Assembly (NCBI GenBank): GCA_019116185.1
Contig: DXCD01000261.1
Location: 1 to 39,235 of the forward strand
Direction: 5' to 3'
Source of the DNA: Candidatus Mediterraneibacter stercorigallinarum
GTDB lineage: Bacteria; Bacillota; Clostridia; Lachnospirales; Lachnospiraceae
Length of the DNA: 39,235 nt
The position numbers were made by a program, and so were the translations under genes. Within the stretch, counting starts at the first letter, position 1. Each line of letters starts with the position of its first letter. The notes beneath the pieces are model-generated. The model did not search any database and had not been told where the DNA came from. It saw only the letters and a program-made list of their open reading frames with translations. Shown here piece after piece: positions 18,130 to 25,994 of this stretch.

Positions 18130-19071
18130 TCAGTTTACATCTGTCTGGCGGCTGCGATCAGAATTTGTCGGGATTTTATTATCAGCAAGGGTATCCTTAA
18201 GCCTGTTTAAAAACAGTTCTGCCGCCGGGGAAAAGACCTGATATTTTTTCCAGATAATGCTGAGCCCGGATTCCAGCGTGGGCGTCAGGGGACGGAAACA
18301 CAGGCTGCTGTTAGAGGAGGTGTTTACCAGACGGTCAAGTGTGACCGCGTATCCCACTCCAGCCTCCACCATGATCGCTGCGTTATACAGGAGGTTATAA
18401 GTCGCTACGATATCCAGTTTGTCAAAGTCCGCTCCGAACCAGTCGGCGAATCCGTTTTCGCTTCTGTGAGGAGATAGCACCTGCCTGGAGCAGATAAGAG
18501 GAAGATCCAGAAGATCTTCTTTTTTTATACAATTTTTCCCTGCAAGAGGGCTGTCCTTCCTCATGACGACTCCCCAGGTGTCTTTATCGGAGAGGTTCAG
18601 ATAATCATATTTTGTAATGTCCGCGGGCTGGATTATGATTCCGAAGTCCAGGAGTCCCTTGTCGAGACGTTCGGTTACATCTTCCGCGTTTCCGCTGTGC
18701 AGGTGATAGTGGATGCCGGGAAATTCATCGCGCAGCCTGTTGATGAGCTCTGCGATCTGCCGGACTGCCTGGGTTTCGCCGCCGCCGATATAGATATCTC
18801 CGCTCAGACTGTCCGCCATAGAGGTGAACTCAGATTCCGTCTTATCTACCATGGCGATGATCTCCTCTGCACGCTTCCGCAGCAGCATGCCTTCCGGCGT
18901 GAGCGCTACCCGGTGGCTCTTCCGGATCAGAAGCTGCTGTCCCAGTTCTTCCTCCAGATCCCGGATCTGCCTGGATAGTGTGGGCTGTGTCAGATGCAGG
19001 AAATTTGCGGCTCCCGTAATATTTCCTTCCCTTGCGACTGCAAGAAAATAGCGAAGTACACGCAGTTCCAT
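18130..19071 (-). CDS. LysR family transcriptional regulator
   Basis: MELRVLRYFLAVAREGNITGAANFLHLTQPTLSRQIRDLEEELG HTH plus substrate-binding domain. Divergent from the following operon. Confidence 0.95.
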   Translation of the reverse strand: MELRVLRYFLAVAREGNITGAANFLHLTQPTLSRQIRDLEEELGQQLLIRKSHRVALTPEGMLLRKRAEEIIAMVDKTESEFTSMADSLSGDIYIGGGETQAVRQIAELINRLRDEFPGIHYHLHSGNAEDVTERLDKGLLDFGIIIQPADITKYDYLNLSDKDTWGVVMRKDSPLAGKNCIKKEDLLDLPLICSRQVLSPHRSENGFADWFGADFDKLDIVATYNLLYNAAIMVEAGVGYAVTLDRLVNTSSNSSLCFRPLTPTLESGLSIIWKKYQVFSPAAELFLNRLKDTLADNKIPTNSDRSRQTDVN

Positions 19072-19181
19072 TATGTGTCCCTCCTTTGTGGCTGTGCTGT
19101 AAGCCGGTTATTGATTCCTGTTTTTTCTCAGTTATAGCTAAATAGCCGGCGTATCTGATAATAATTATATATAGCTGTCGA

Positions 19182-19248
19182 ATACCTGTAAAGCATATCA
19201 AAACATAAAAATTAAGCATTTGCTATTCCCGGGGCATGGCACTACAAT
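19182..19248 (+). promoter_or_regulatory. LysR operator pair and sigmaA promoter
   Basis: ATAC-N7-GCAT (19182-19196) and ATAA-N7-GCAT (19205-19219), both T-N11-A, abutting TTGCTA-17 nt-TACAAT (19220-19248). Confidence 0.7.
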
Positions 19249-19274
19249 AAAGACAGCAAGGAGGTAGCACAGAG

Positions 19275-19514
19275 ATGGAAGTAATGGATGAAGACCGGAT
19301 TTTCAGGATACGGCGGAATCTGTCAGATGCCGGGTGCAGCGCGTCTCAGATCGTTCAGTTCCTTGAGCTGGAAGAACAGCGGAAACGCCAGGAGCAGTAC
19401 CAGATGCTATCCCGGCAGCGCGCCCTGCTTCTGAAAGAGTTACACCAGGATCAATTTAGGATCGACTGCCTTGACTACATGGTATTCACCATGCAGAAAG
19501 AAGACGCAGAGTAA
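19275..19514 (+). CDS. Small hypothetical protein resembling the C-terminal half of a MerR regulator
   Basis: Strong AAGGAGG RBS. NLSDAGCS..QI.QFL and L..QR..LL.ELH.....IDCLDY patterns. Confidence 0.75.
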   Translation: MEVMDEDRIFRIRRNLSDAGCSASQIVQFLELEEQRKRQEQYQMLSRQRALLLKELHQDQFRIDCLDYMVFTMQKEDAE

Positions 19515-19552
19515 ATCGGGAATTCAAATATAAAGAAACGGAGGAGTTTGAT

Positions 19553-20551
19553 ATGGAAGAGAAATTAGTTTTGACGGAAGAATGGGATAAGACATTTCCG
19601 AAGAGTGATAAGGTAAATCATCGCAAAGTAACGTTTCATAACCGTTATGGGATTACGCTGGCGGCGGATCTGTATGAGCCTAAAGACGCGGAAGGGAAGC
19701 TGGCGGCAATCGCTGTCTGCGGACCTTTCGGCGCGGTGAAAGAGCAGGCGTCCGGTCTCTACGCACAGACCATGGCTGAGAGAGGATTCCTTACGATCGC
19801 GTTTGACCCGTCGTTTACCGGCGAGAGCGGCGGGCAGCCCAGGTATATGGCGTCTCCGGATATCAACACAGAAGATTTCCAGGCGGCGGTAGATTTCTTG
19901 TCCGTGCAGGACAATGTGGACCCGGAGAAGATCGGCATCATCGGGATCTGCGGATGGGGCGGCATGGCGCTGAATACAGCGGCGCTCGACACGAGGGTCA
20001 AGGCTGCTGTTGCTTCCACTATGTATGATATGACCCGTGTCAATGCGAAAGGTTATTTTGACTATGAGGATTCGGAAGGTGCAAGATATGCGAAGCGCCA
20101 GGCGTTGAATGCCCAGAGGATCGAAGATTATAAAAACGGAAGCTACGCTTTAGGCGGGGGCGTGGTAGACCCGCTGCCGGAAGACGCGCCGTTCTTTGTA
20201 AAAGACTATTATGACTATTACAAGACGGAACGGGGATATCATCCGCGCTCCCTGAATTCTAACGGCGGATGGAATGTGACCGGCTGTATGTCGTTTCTGA
20301 ACCAGCCGATCCTGAAGTACAGCAATGAGATCCGCAGCGCGGTCTTGATCATCCATGGCGAGAAGGCGCATTCATGCTACTTCAGCAGAGATGCTTTTGC
20401 AGATATGGTGAAAGACAATCCGTATGCGGACAATAAAGAACTCATGATCATTCCGGACGCAGTGCACACGGACCTGTATGACAGGACGGACATTATTCCC
20501 TTTGGGAAGATGGAGGAGTTCTTCCGGAATGCCATGGGGCAGAATAAATAA
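19553..20551 (+). CDS. Alpha/beta hydrolase (YcjY-like)
   Basis: GPFGAVKEQ, AFDPSFTGESGG, nucleophile elbow GICGWGG and HTDLYD motifs. Confidence 0.9.
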   Translation: MEEKLVLTEEWDKTFPKSDKVNHRKVTFHNRYGITLAADLYEPKDAEGKLAAIAVCGPFGAVKEQASGLYAQTMAERGFLTIAFDPSFTGESGGQPRYMASPDINTEDFQAAVDFLSVQDNVDPEKIGIIGICGWGGMALNTAALDTRVKAAVASTMYDMTRVNAKGYFDYEDSEGARYAKRQALNAQRIEDYKNGSYALGGGVVDPLPEDAPFFVKDYYDYYKTERGYHPRSLNSNGGWNVTGCMSFLNQPILKYSNEIRSAVLIIHGEKAHSCYFSRDAFADMVKDNPYADNKELMIIPDAVHTDLYDRTDIIPFGKMEEFFRNAMGQNK

Positions 20552-20599
20552 TTAACAGGGGTTATATAAATTTTTCTGGATAAGAGGTGCTTGTTTTAA

Positions 20600-21454
20600 A
20601 TGGAACTGATTGAGAATAAAACTTTTGATGAAGAACGCGCTCTCTACGGAAGTGACGGTATTACTATAAAGAACTGCCGGTTTGACGGGCCGGCGGACGG
20701 CGAGAGCGCCCTGAAGGAGAGCCGGAATATTGTGGCGGACAGCTGCTTTTTCAACCTGCGTTATCCGTTCTGGCATGACCATGATCTCACGATCAGCAGC
20801 AGTGAAATGACAGAGCTGTGCCGCGCGGCCCTCTGGTATTCGGAGCATGTCAGAATCACGGATACCAAAATGCATGGCATCAAAGCTGTCCGGGAATGCC
20901 GGGATGTGACCATTGAAAATTCGGATATCATTTCGCCGGAATTCGGCTGGTCCGCTTCAGGCATCCGGATGAAAAACTGTACGGCAGAGAGTGAATATTT
21001 TCTAATGCGTGCAAAAGACATCGAGTTTTCCAATGTTACTTTCAAAGGGAAATACTCTTTCCAGTATATTGAGAACGCGGTGCTCAGCGGCTGTCGTCTG
21101 GATACAAAGGATGCTTTCTGGCATGCGAAGAATGTCACAGTGAAAGACAGTGTGGTCAAAGGCGAATATCTGGCATGGTATTCGGAGGGGCTGACCCTGA
21201 TCAACTGCAGGATCATCGGAACACAGCCGTTCTGTTACTGTAAAGACCTGAAGCTGATTAACTGTGAAATGACGGATACTGACCTCTGCTTTGAGAAGTC
21301 AGATGTAGAGGCCGAGATAAACACTCCGGTGATCAGCATTAAAAACCCGCATTCCGGCACGATCAGAGTGCCTTCCGTGGGCGAGATCATTATGGATGAA
21401 CCGGAAGCAAAGGGGAAGGTCATTACCGGATGCGAGGCAGAGAACTGTGCCTGA
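20600..21454 (+). CDS. DUF3737 family beta-helix-like protein
   Basis: EERALY, DGESALKE, LRYPFWH, GKYSFQY, TKDAFWH, GEYLAWYS and GTQPFCY motifs with repetitive short beta-strand periodicity. Confidence 0.85.
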   Translation: MELIENKTFDEERALYGSDGITIKNCRFDGPADGESALKESRNIVADSCFFNLRYPFWHDHDLTISSSEMTELCRAALWYSEHVRITDTKMHGIKAVRECRDVTIENSDIISPEFGWSASGIRMKNCTAESEYFLMRAKDIEFSNVTFKGKYSFQYIENAVLSGCRLDTKDAFWHAKNVTVKDSVVKGEYLAWYSEGLTLINCRIIGTQPFCYCKDLKLINCEMTDTDLCFEKSDVEAEINTPVISIKNPHSGTIRVPSVGEIIMDEPEAKGKVITGCEAENCA

Positions 21455-21513
21455 AAGGGCGGATCAAAGAATGGGGAGAAGATCTGCGAAAAAGGTAAAT
21501 ATACAGGTGAATT

Positions 21514-22020
21514 ATGAAAAACAAAACAGATGATCTTCTTACACAGATGAAGGAGGGCGCTGCGCTGACAAAAGCGCAGCGTTTCCGTCTTGTGCTGACA
21601 TTGAGTATACCGGCGATCCTGGCGCAGATCGCGTCTGTGGTCATGGGATATATTGACGCTGCCATGGTTGGACGGCTGGGCGCGGAAGCATCTGCATCGA
21701 TCAGCCTCGTTTCAAGCAGCACATGGCTGTTCGGCGGAATGAGCGGTGCAGTGGCGTCCGGTTTTTCGATTCAGGCAGCTTATCATATCGTGGCAGGAGC
21801 CCTGAGAGGTGCCGGGGACACGCTGGTTCCAAGTATAATGAATTTCGGCAGCATCTGGCTGGTGCGTCTGCCGCTGGCAGTGTTCCTGACCGGGAAGATC
21901 GGGCTTGAGGGCGCGTGGATCGCCATGTGCCTGGAGCTGTGCTTCCGGGGAACGATCTTCCTGATCCGGCTCTATCGTGAAAAATGGATGAAGCAGCCGG
22001 TGGTCCGGCGGGATGATTGA
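21514..22020 (+). pseudogene. MATE efflux transporter with large in-frame internal deletion
   Basis: MATE N-terminus (LSIPAILAQ..YIDAAMVGRLGA) fused directly to a MATE C-terminus (GALRGAGDT..P....W..RLPLA..GLEGAWIAM). 168 aa versus about 450 typical. Confidence 0.85.
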
Positions 22021-22047
22021 CATATAAGAAAAGGGGAATATGATTTC

Positions 22048-23142
22048 ATGGAATACAGAATAAACCAAAGGACAAAAGACAGGATCAGCGCGATCGGGAT
22101 CGGTACTGCCTGTCTGTCAGACGCTTCGGAGAAAGAAGCGCTGGAAGCACTCGAGCTGGCGCATGAGGGCGGCGTCAATTACATTGACCTGGCGGCTGCT
22201 TCAGCGGAGTGCTTCGGATACTGCGGCAGATTTTTTGAAAAAAAGCGCGGCAGCGTAATGTATCAGATTCATTTCGGTGCGGAATACTCCAGCGGAAAAT
22301 ACGGGTGGACCACAGCGCTGGAGAAGGTGAAGCGGTCTGTTGACTGGCAGCTTAACACACTGCGGACCGATTATATTGATTATGGATTCATCCACTGCCT
22401 GGACGAGGAAAGCGACTGGGATGCATACCGCAGAAACGGGGTGCTGGATTATCTTCTCAGAATGAAAGAGCAGGGCATTGTCCGGCATATGGGGACTTCT
22501 TCCCATACGCCTGCGCTTGCGAACCAGGTGTTAGATACCGGGCTTGTGGATATGCTGATGTTCTCCATCAATCCCGGATATGATTACCGCCAGGGCGAGT
22601 ACGCCAACGGGAGCCCGGACGAGAGGATGGATCTTTACAGACGCTGCCAGAAAGAGGGCGTGGGGATCTCTGTGATGAAGGCATTCTCCGGCGGGCAGCT
22701 CCTGGATGAAAAGACTTCGCCATTTGGAAAGGCGCTGACACAGTACCAGTGTATTCAGTATGCCCTGGATAAGCCGGGTGTGCTCACCGTGGTCGCCGGA
22801 ATCCGGGAAAAAGAGGATATGAAGCAGCTGCTGGGATTTTTTGACGCGCCGGAAGAAGAGAGAGATTATTCGGTGATCGGGACTTTTACGCCGAATGACG
22901 CGGCGGGAAAATGCGTGTACTGCAATCACTGCCATCCCTGTCCCGCAGGGCTGGATATTGCCCTGATCAATAAATATTATGACCTCTCCCGCGCGGGTGA
23001 CATCCTGGCAGAAGGACATTATGATAAGCTGGAGAAAAAGGCGTCTGACTGTATCCGGTGCGGGCACTGCAATAAGAGATGCCCGTTCAAAGTGGACCAG
23101 ATGAAACGGATGGAAGAGATCGCGGGATATTTCGGCAGATAA
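22048..23142 (+). CDS. Aldo/keto reductase-fold protein with C-terminal 2x[4Fe-4S] domain
   Basis: ISAIGIG, L..LRTDYIDYGFIH and VMKAFSGG motifs. CVYCNHCHPCP and CIRCGHCNKRCP cluster motifs. Confidence 0.9.
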   Translation: MEYRINQRTKDRISAIGIGTACLSDASEKEALEALELAHEGGVNYIDLAAASAECFGYCGRFFEKKRGSVMYQIHFGAEYSSGKYGWTTALEKVKRSVDWQLNTLRTDYIDYGFIHCLDEESDWDAYRRNGVLDYLLRMKEQGIVRHMGTSSHTPALANQVLDTGLVDMLMFSINPGYDYRQGEYANGSPDERMDLYRRCQKEGVGISVMKAFSGGQLLDEKTSPFGKALTQYQCIQYALDKPGVLTVVAGIREKEDMKQLLGFFDAPEEERDYSVIGTFTPNDAAGKCVYCNHCHPCPAGLDIALINKYYDLSRAGDILAEGHYDKLEKKASDCIRCGHCNKRCPFKVDQMKRMEEIAGYFGR

Positions 23143-23170
23143 CAGTAAATCTTATAACACTTAAAACTAT

Positions 23171-23215
23171 CTTACAATATAGTAAGGAAAAACCCTCCTG
23201 AAACTGTGGTATAAT
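23171..23215 (+). promoter_or_regulatory. Bce-like response-regulator box and extended -10 promoter of the two-component operon
   Basis: CTTACA-ATAT-AGTAAG (23171-23186) and TGGTATAAT (23207-23215). Confidence 0.55.
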
Positions 23216-23295
23216 GATCACACGAAGCGTGAAACAGCCCGATACAGCCGGGCTGCCCCGCTGTGTGCAGCAGACGAGTTTCGGGAGGGATTTTT

Positions 23296-23991
23296 ATGTG
23301 CAGATTACTGTTGCTGGAGGATGACCAGGGGCTGATCGACGGCCTGAAGTATTCTCTTGAGAAGAACGGATTTGAACTGGATGTGGCGAGGAGCGTCCGG
23401 GAAGCGGAGCATGCCCTGAGGGCGGACCATCCGTATGACATGCTTCTTCTGGATGTGACCCTTCCGGATGGCACGGGGTTCATGATCTGTGAGAAAGTGC
23501 GCGCGTCCGGGGATACGACGCCTATCATATTTCTTACCGCCGCGGATGAGGAGACCAGCATTATCCGCGGGCTGGACAGCGGCGGGGACGACTATATCAC
23601 AAAGCCGTTCAAGCTGGGAGAACTCTGCTCGCGCATCCGCGCCCTGCTTCGGAGAAGCTCCATGCACAAGCCGGAAGCGGAGGGGAAGATCCGTTCCGGT
23701 CCGGTGCTCCTTGACAGGATCGCGGGCAAAGTATACCTGGGGGATAAGCTTCTGGAATTGACCGGAGCAGAGTACCGGCTTCTCTGCCTGTTCGTGCTCC
23801 ATGACGGACAGACGCTGACAAGGAATTTCATCCTTGATGAATTGTGGGACGGGCACGGGAATTTCGTGGATGACAATACACTGTCCGTCTATATCCGGCG
23901 TCTCAGGGAAAAGATCGAAGCGGAATCATCCCGGCCTGCCCACCTGCTGACGGTCCGGGGCGTAGGATACCGATGGGAGGGAGAAGCATGA
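23296..23991 (+). CDS. OmpR/PhoB-family response regulator
   Basis: LLLEDD, LLDVTLPDG (phospho-Asp), DDYITKPF and LRE KIE/TVRGVGY motifs. GGAGG RBS favours ATG 23296. Confidence 0.95.
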   Translation: MCRLLLLEDDQGLIDGLKYSLEKNGFELDVARSVREAEHALRADHPYDMLLLDVTLPDGTGFMICEKVRASGDTTPIIFLTAADEETSIIRGLDSGGDDYITKPFKLGELCSRIRALLRRSSMHKPEAEGKIRSGPVLLDRIAGKVYLGDKLLELTGAEYRLLCLFVLHDGQTLTRNFILDELWDGHGNFVDDNTLSVYIRRLREKIEAESSRPAHLLTVRGVGYRWEGEA

Positions 23992-25223
23992 GGTTTTTGC
24001 AGGATAAAGAGAATAAACGGTATATGGGATTCCTGGCGGTGTTCTGCCTTCTGCTGGCGGCTGTCTTTCTGATCTCCTGGGCCATGCAGGGGATCTGGAT
24101 GAGAGACAGCCTTTTTCTGTGGGAAAATACAGCTGCCTCCTCCCTGCTCGCCCAGGGTGTGCCGGAGGAGACCGTTGCGCTTGCCTTCAAGAACACGGAA
24201 GCAACGGCAGAAGGGAAGGCGCTGCTCGCAAAGATCGGACATACGGAGGAAAATAGTCTTATGCTCTTTCCGGATATCAGGCAGGGCATGGAAAGGAGCG
24301 GGCTTTTGCTGCTCTGCGGAGGAGCCGCACTCTGTATCGTACTGACTCTGGGCGCTGTAGGATACCTGCGGACAAGAGACCGGGCATACGAGCGGGCGGA
24401 CCGGGCTGCAAGACAGTATGCGGACGGGGATTTCTCACAGCGCCTTTCAACAGGCGGGACCGGCACGATGGAGCGTCTGTTCGGCACAGTGGACCGGCTG
24501 GCGGCCGCTCTCAAGGCAAAAGGGGAGAGCGAGAAAAAGGCAAAAGAATTTCTGAAAGATACGATCTCTGATATCTCCCACCAGCTGAAGACTCCTCTTG
24601 CCGCCCTTCATATGTATACAGAGATTATTTCAGATGAGCCGGGAGATACGGAAACCGTGCGGATATTTGCGGCAAAGTCGGAAGAGTCCCTTGCGCGGAT
24701 AGACCGGCTCCTGAGGCTGCTTCTGAAAGTGATGCGGCTGGATGCGGGGAGCGTTGCCTTTGAGAAGAAAGAAGTCCATGTGGAAGAACTGGCGAAGGCC
24801 GCATGCGCTGACCTCTGTGTCCGCGCAGATCAGGAGAAGAAGGCGCTTATCTTTGAGGGCGCGGAGGATACCATGCTCCGGTGCGATGAGGAGTGGACGG
24901 CAGAAGCCTTGGGCAATCTGGTGAAGAACGGGCTTGATCATACGCAGAGCGGGGGCTGTGTGAAGATTTCATGGAAGAGGACACCTGCCATGGTGCGGAT
25001 CTGTGTGGAGGATAACGGAAGCGGCATTCTGCCTGAGGATATCCACCATATTTTCAAACGCTTTTACAGGAGCAGCGGTGACAGCGGCATACAGGGAGTG
25101 GGACTGGGGCTTCCGCTGGCAAAGTCCATCGTGGAGGGTCAGGGCGGCGTGCTCTCTGTAAAGAGCGCGCCGGGAGAGGGGACGGCATTTACCCTGTCTT
25201 TTTCGGACAGCGGCGCCAGATGA
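23988..25223 (+). CDS. Sensor histidine kinase (2 TM, HAMP, HisKA, HATPase)
   Basis: DISHQLKTPL H-box, NLVKNG, EDNGSGI, IFKRFYR and GLGLPLAK motifs. ATGA overlap with the regulator. Confidence 0.94.
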   Translation: MRFLQDKENKRYMGFLAVFCLLLAAVFLISWAMQGIWMRDSLFLWENTAASSLLAQGVPEETVALAFKNTEATAEGKALLAKIGHTEENSLMLFPDIRQGMERSGLLLLCGGAALCIVLTLGAVGYLRTRDRAYERADRAARQYADGDFSQRLSTGGTGTMERLFGTVDRLAAALKAKGESEKKAKEFLKDTISDISHQLKTPLAALHMYTEIISDEPGDTETVRIFAAKSEESLARIDRLLRLLLKVMRLDAGSVAFEKKEVHVEELAKAACADLCVRADQEKKALIFEGAEDTMLRCDEEWTAEALGNLVKNGLDHTQSGGCVKISWKRTPAMVRICVEDNGSGILPEDIHHIFKRFYRSSGDSGIQGVGLGLPLAKSIVEGQGGVLSVKSAPGEGTAFTLSFSDSGAR

Positions 25224-25284
25224 CAGAAATGTAAGAAAAAGAAGGCCGTGGATTCACCTGGCAGTAAGGTTCCCCTGCTAGACT
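25221..25284 (+). promoter_or_regulatory. Bce-like regulator box(es) and -10 for the ABC exporter genes
   Basis: TGACA-GAAA-TGTAA (25221-25234, overlapping the kinase stop), a degenerate second site ending AGTAAG (25263-25268), and TGCTAGACT (25276-25284). Confidence 0.6.
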
Positions 25285-25310
25285 GTTCCACGAAAGGAAG
25301 GTGTATCATC

Positions 25311-25994
25311 ATGGAAATATTGAGAGTAGAACATCTGAGCAAGACATATGGCGCCGGCGAGGCGAGAGTTGACGCTCTTCAGGACGTCTCCTTTACTCTT
25401 CAGAAAGGGGAGTTTACGGCAGTGGTCGGAGAATCGGGCTCAGGGAAGAGCACGCTGCTGAACTGTATCGGAGGCCTGGATACTCCCATGTCCGGAAAAG
25501 TATGGCTGGACGGGCAGGATCTGTTCAGCATGAAAGAGAACCAGCGGACCGTGTTCCGCAGACAGAATATCGGTTTTGTATTCCAGTCTTTTCACCTCGT
25601 GGCAGAGCTGAATGTGGAGCAGAATATTATTTTCCCGCTCCTGCTGGATCATCAGAATCCTGATCCCAGGCAGGTGGAGGAGATCCTGGAGGTGCTGGGG
25701 CTCGCTGACAGGCGGCATCATCTTCCCGGCCAGCTCTCCGGAGGACAGCAGCAGAGAGTGGCGATCGGGCGAGCACTGATCATGCGTCCCATGCTCGTGC
25801 TGGCGGACGAGCCCACGGGCAACTTGGATTCGGGCAACAGCCAGGATGTCATGGACCTGCTTATGAAGGCGTCGCGGTATTACCAGCAGACGATCCTTAT
25901 GATCGCACACAATGAACATCTGACTACAGGAGTGGACCGGGTGCTCCGCGTGCGTGACGGCAGGCTGACTGACTTGGGAGGTGTCCGCGCATGA
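25311..25994 (+). CDS. ABC transporter ATP-binding protein (LolD/MacB-like)
   Basis: [23 protein letters not shown] and [11 protein letters not shown] motifs. Start placed at ATG 25311. Confidence 0.94.
   Translation: MEILRVEHLSKTYGAGEARVDALQDVSFTLQKGEFTAVVGESGSGKSTLLNCIGGLDTPMSGKVWLDGQDLFSMKENQRTVFRRQNIGFVFQSFHLVAELNVEQNIIFPLLLDHQNPDPRQVEEILEVLGLADRRHHLPGQLSGGQQQRVAIGRALIMRPMLVLADEPTGNLDSGNSQDVMDLLMKASRYYQQTILMIAHNEHLTTGVDRVLRVRDGRLTDLGGVRA

Noticed and set aside
19176-19182. Perfect Spo0A box TGTCGAA beside the LysR operator
   Set aside because: A single 7-mer is expected by chance in a window this size, and the operon has no evident sporulation link.
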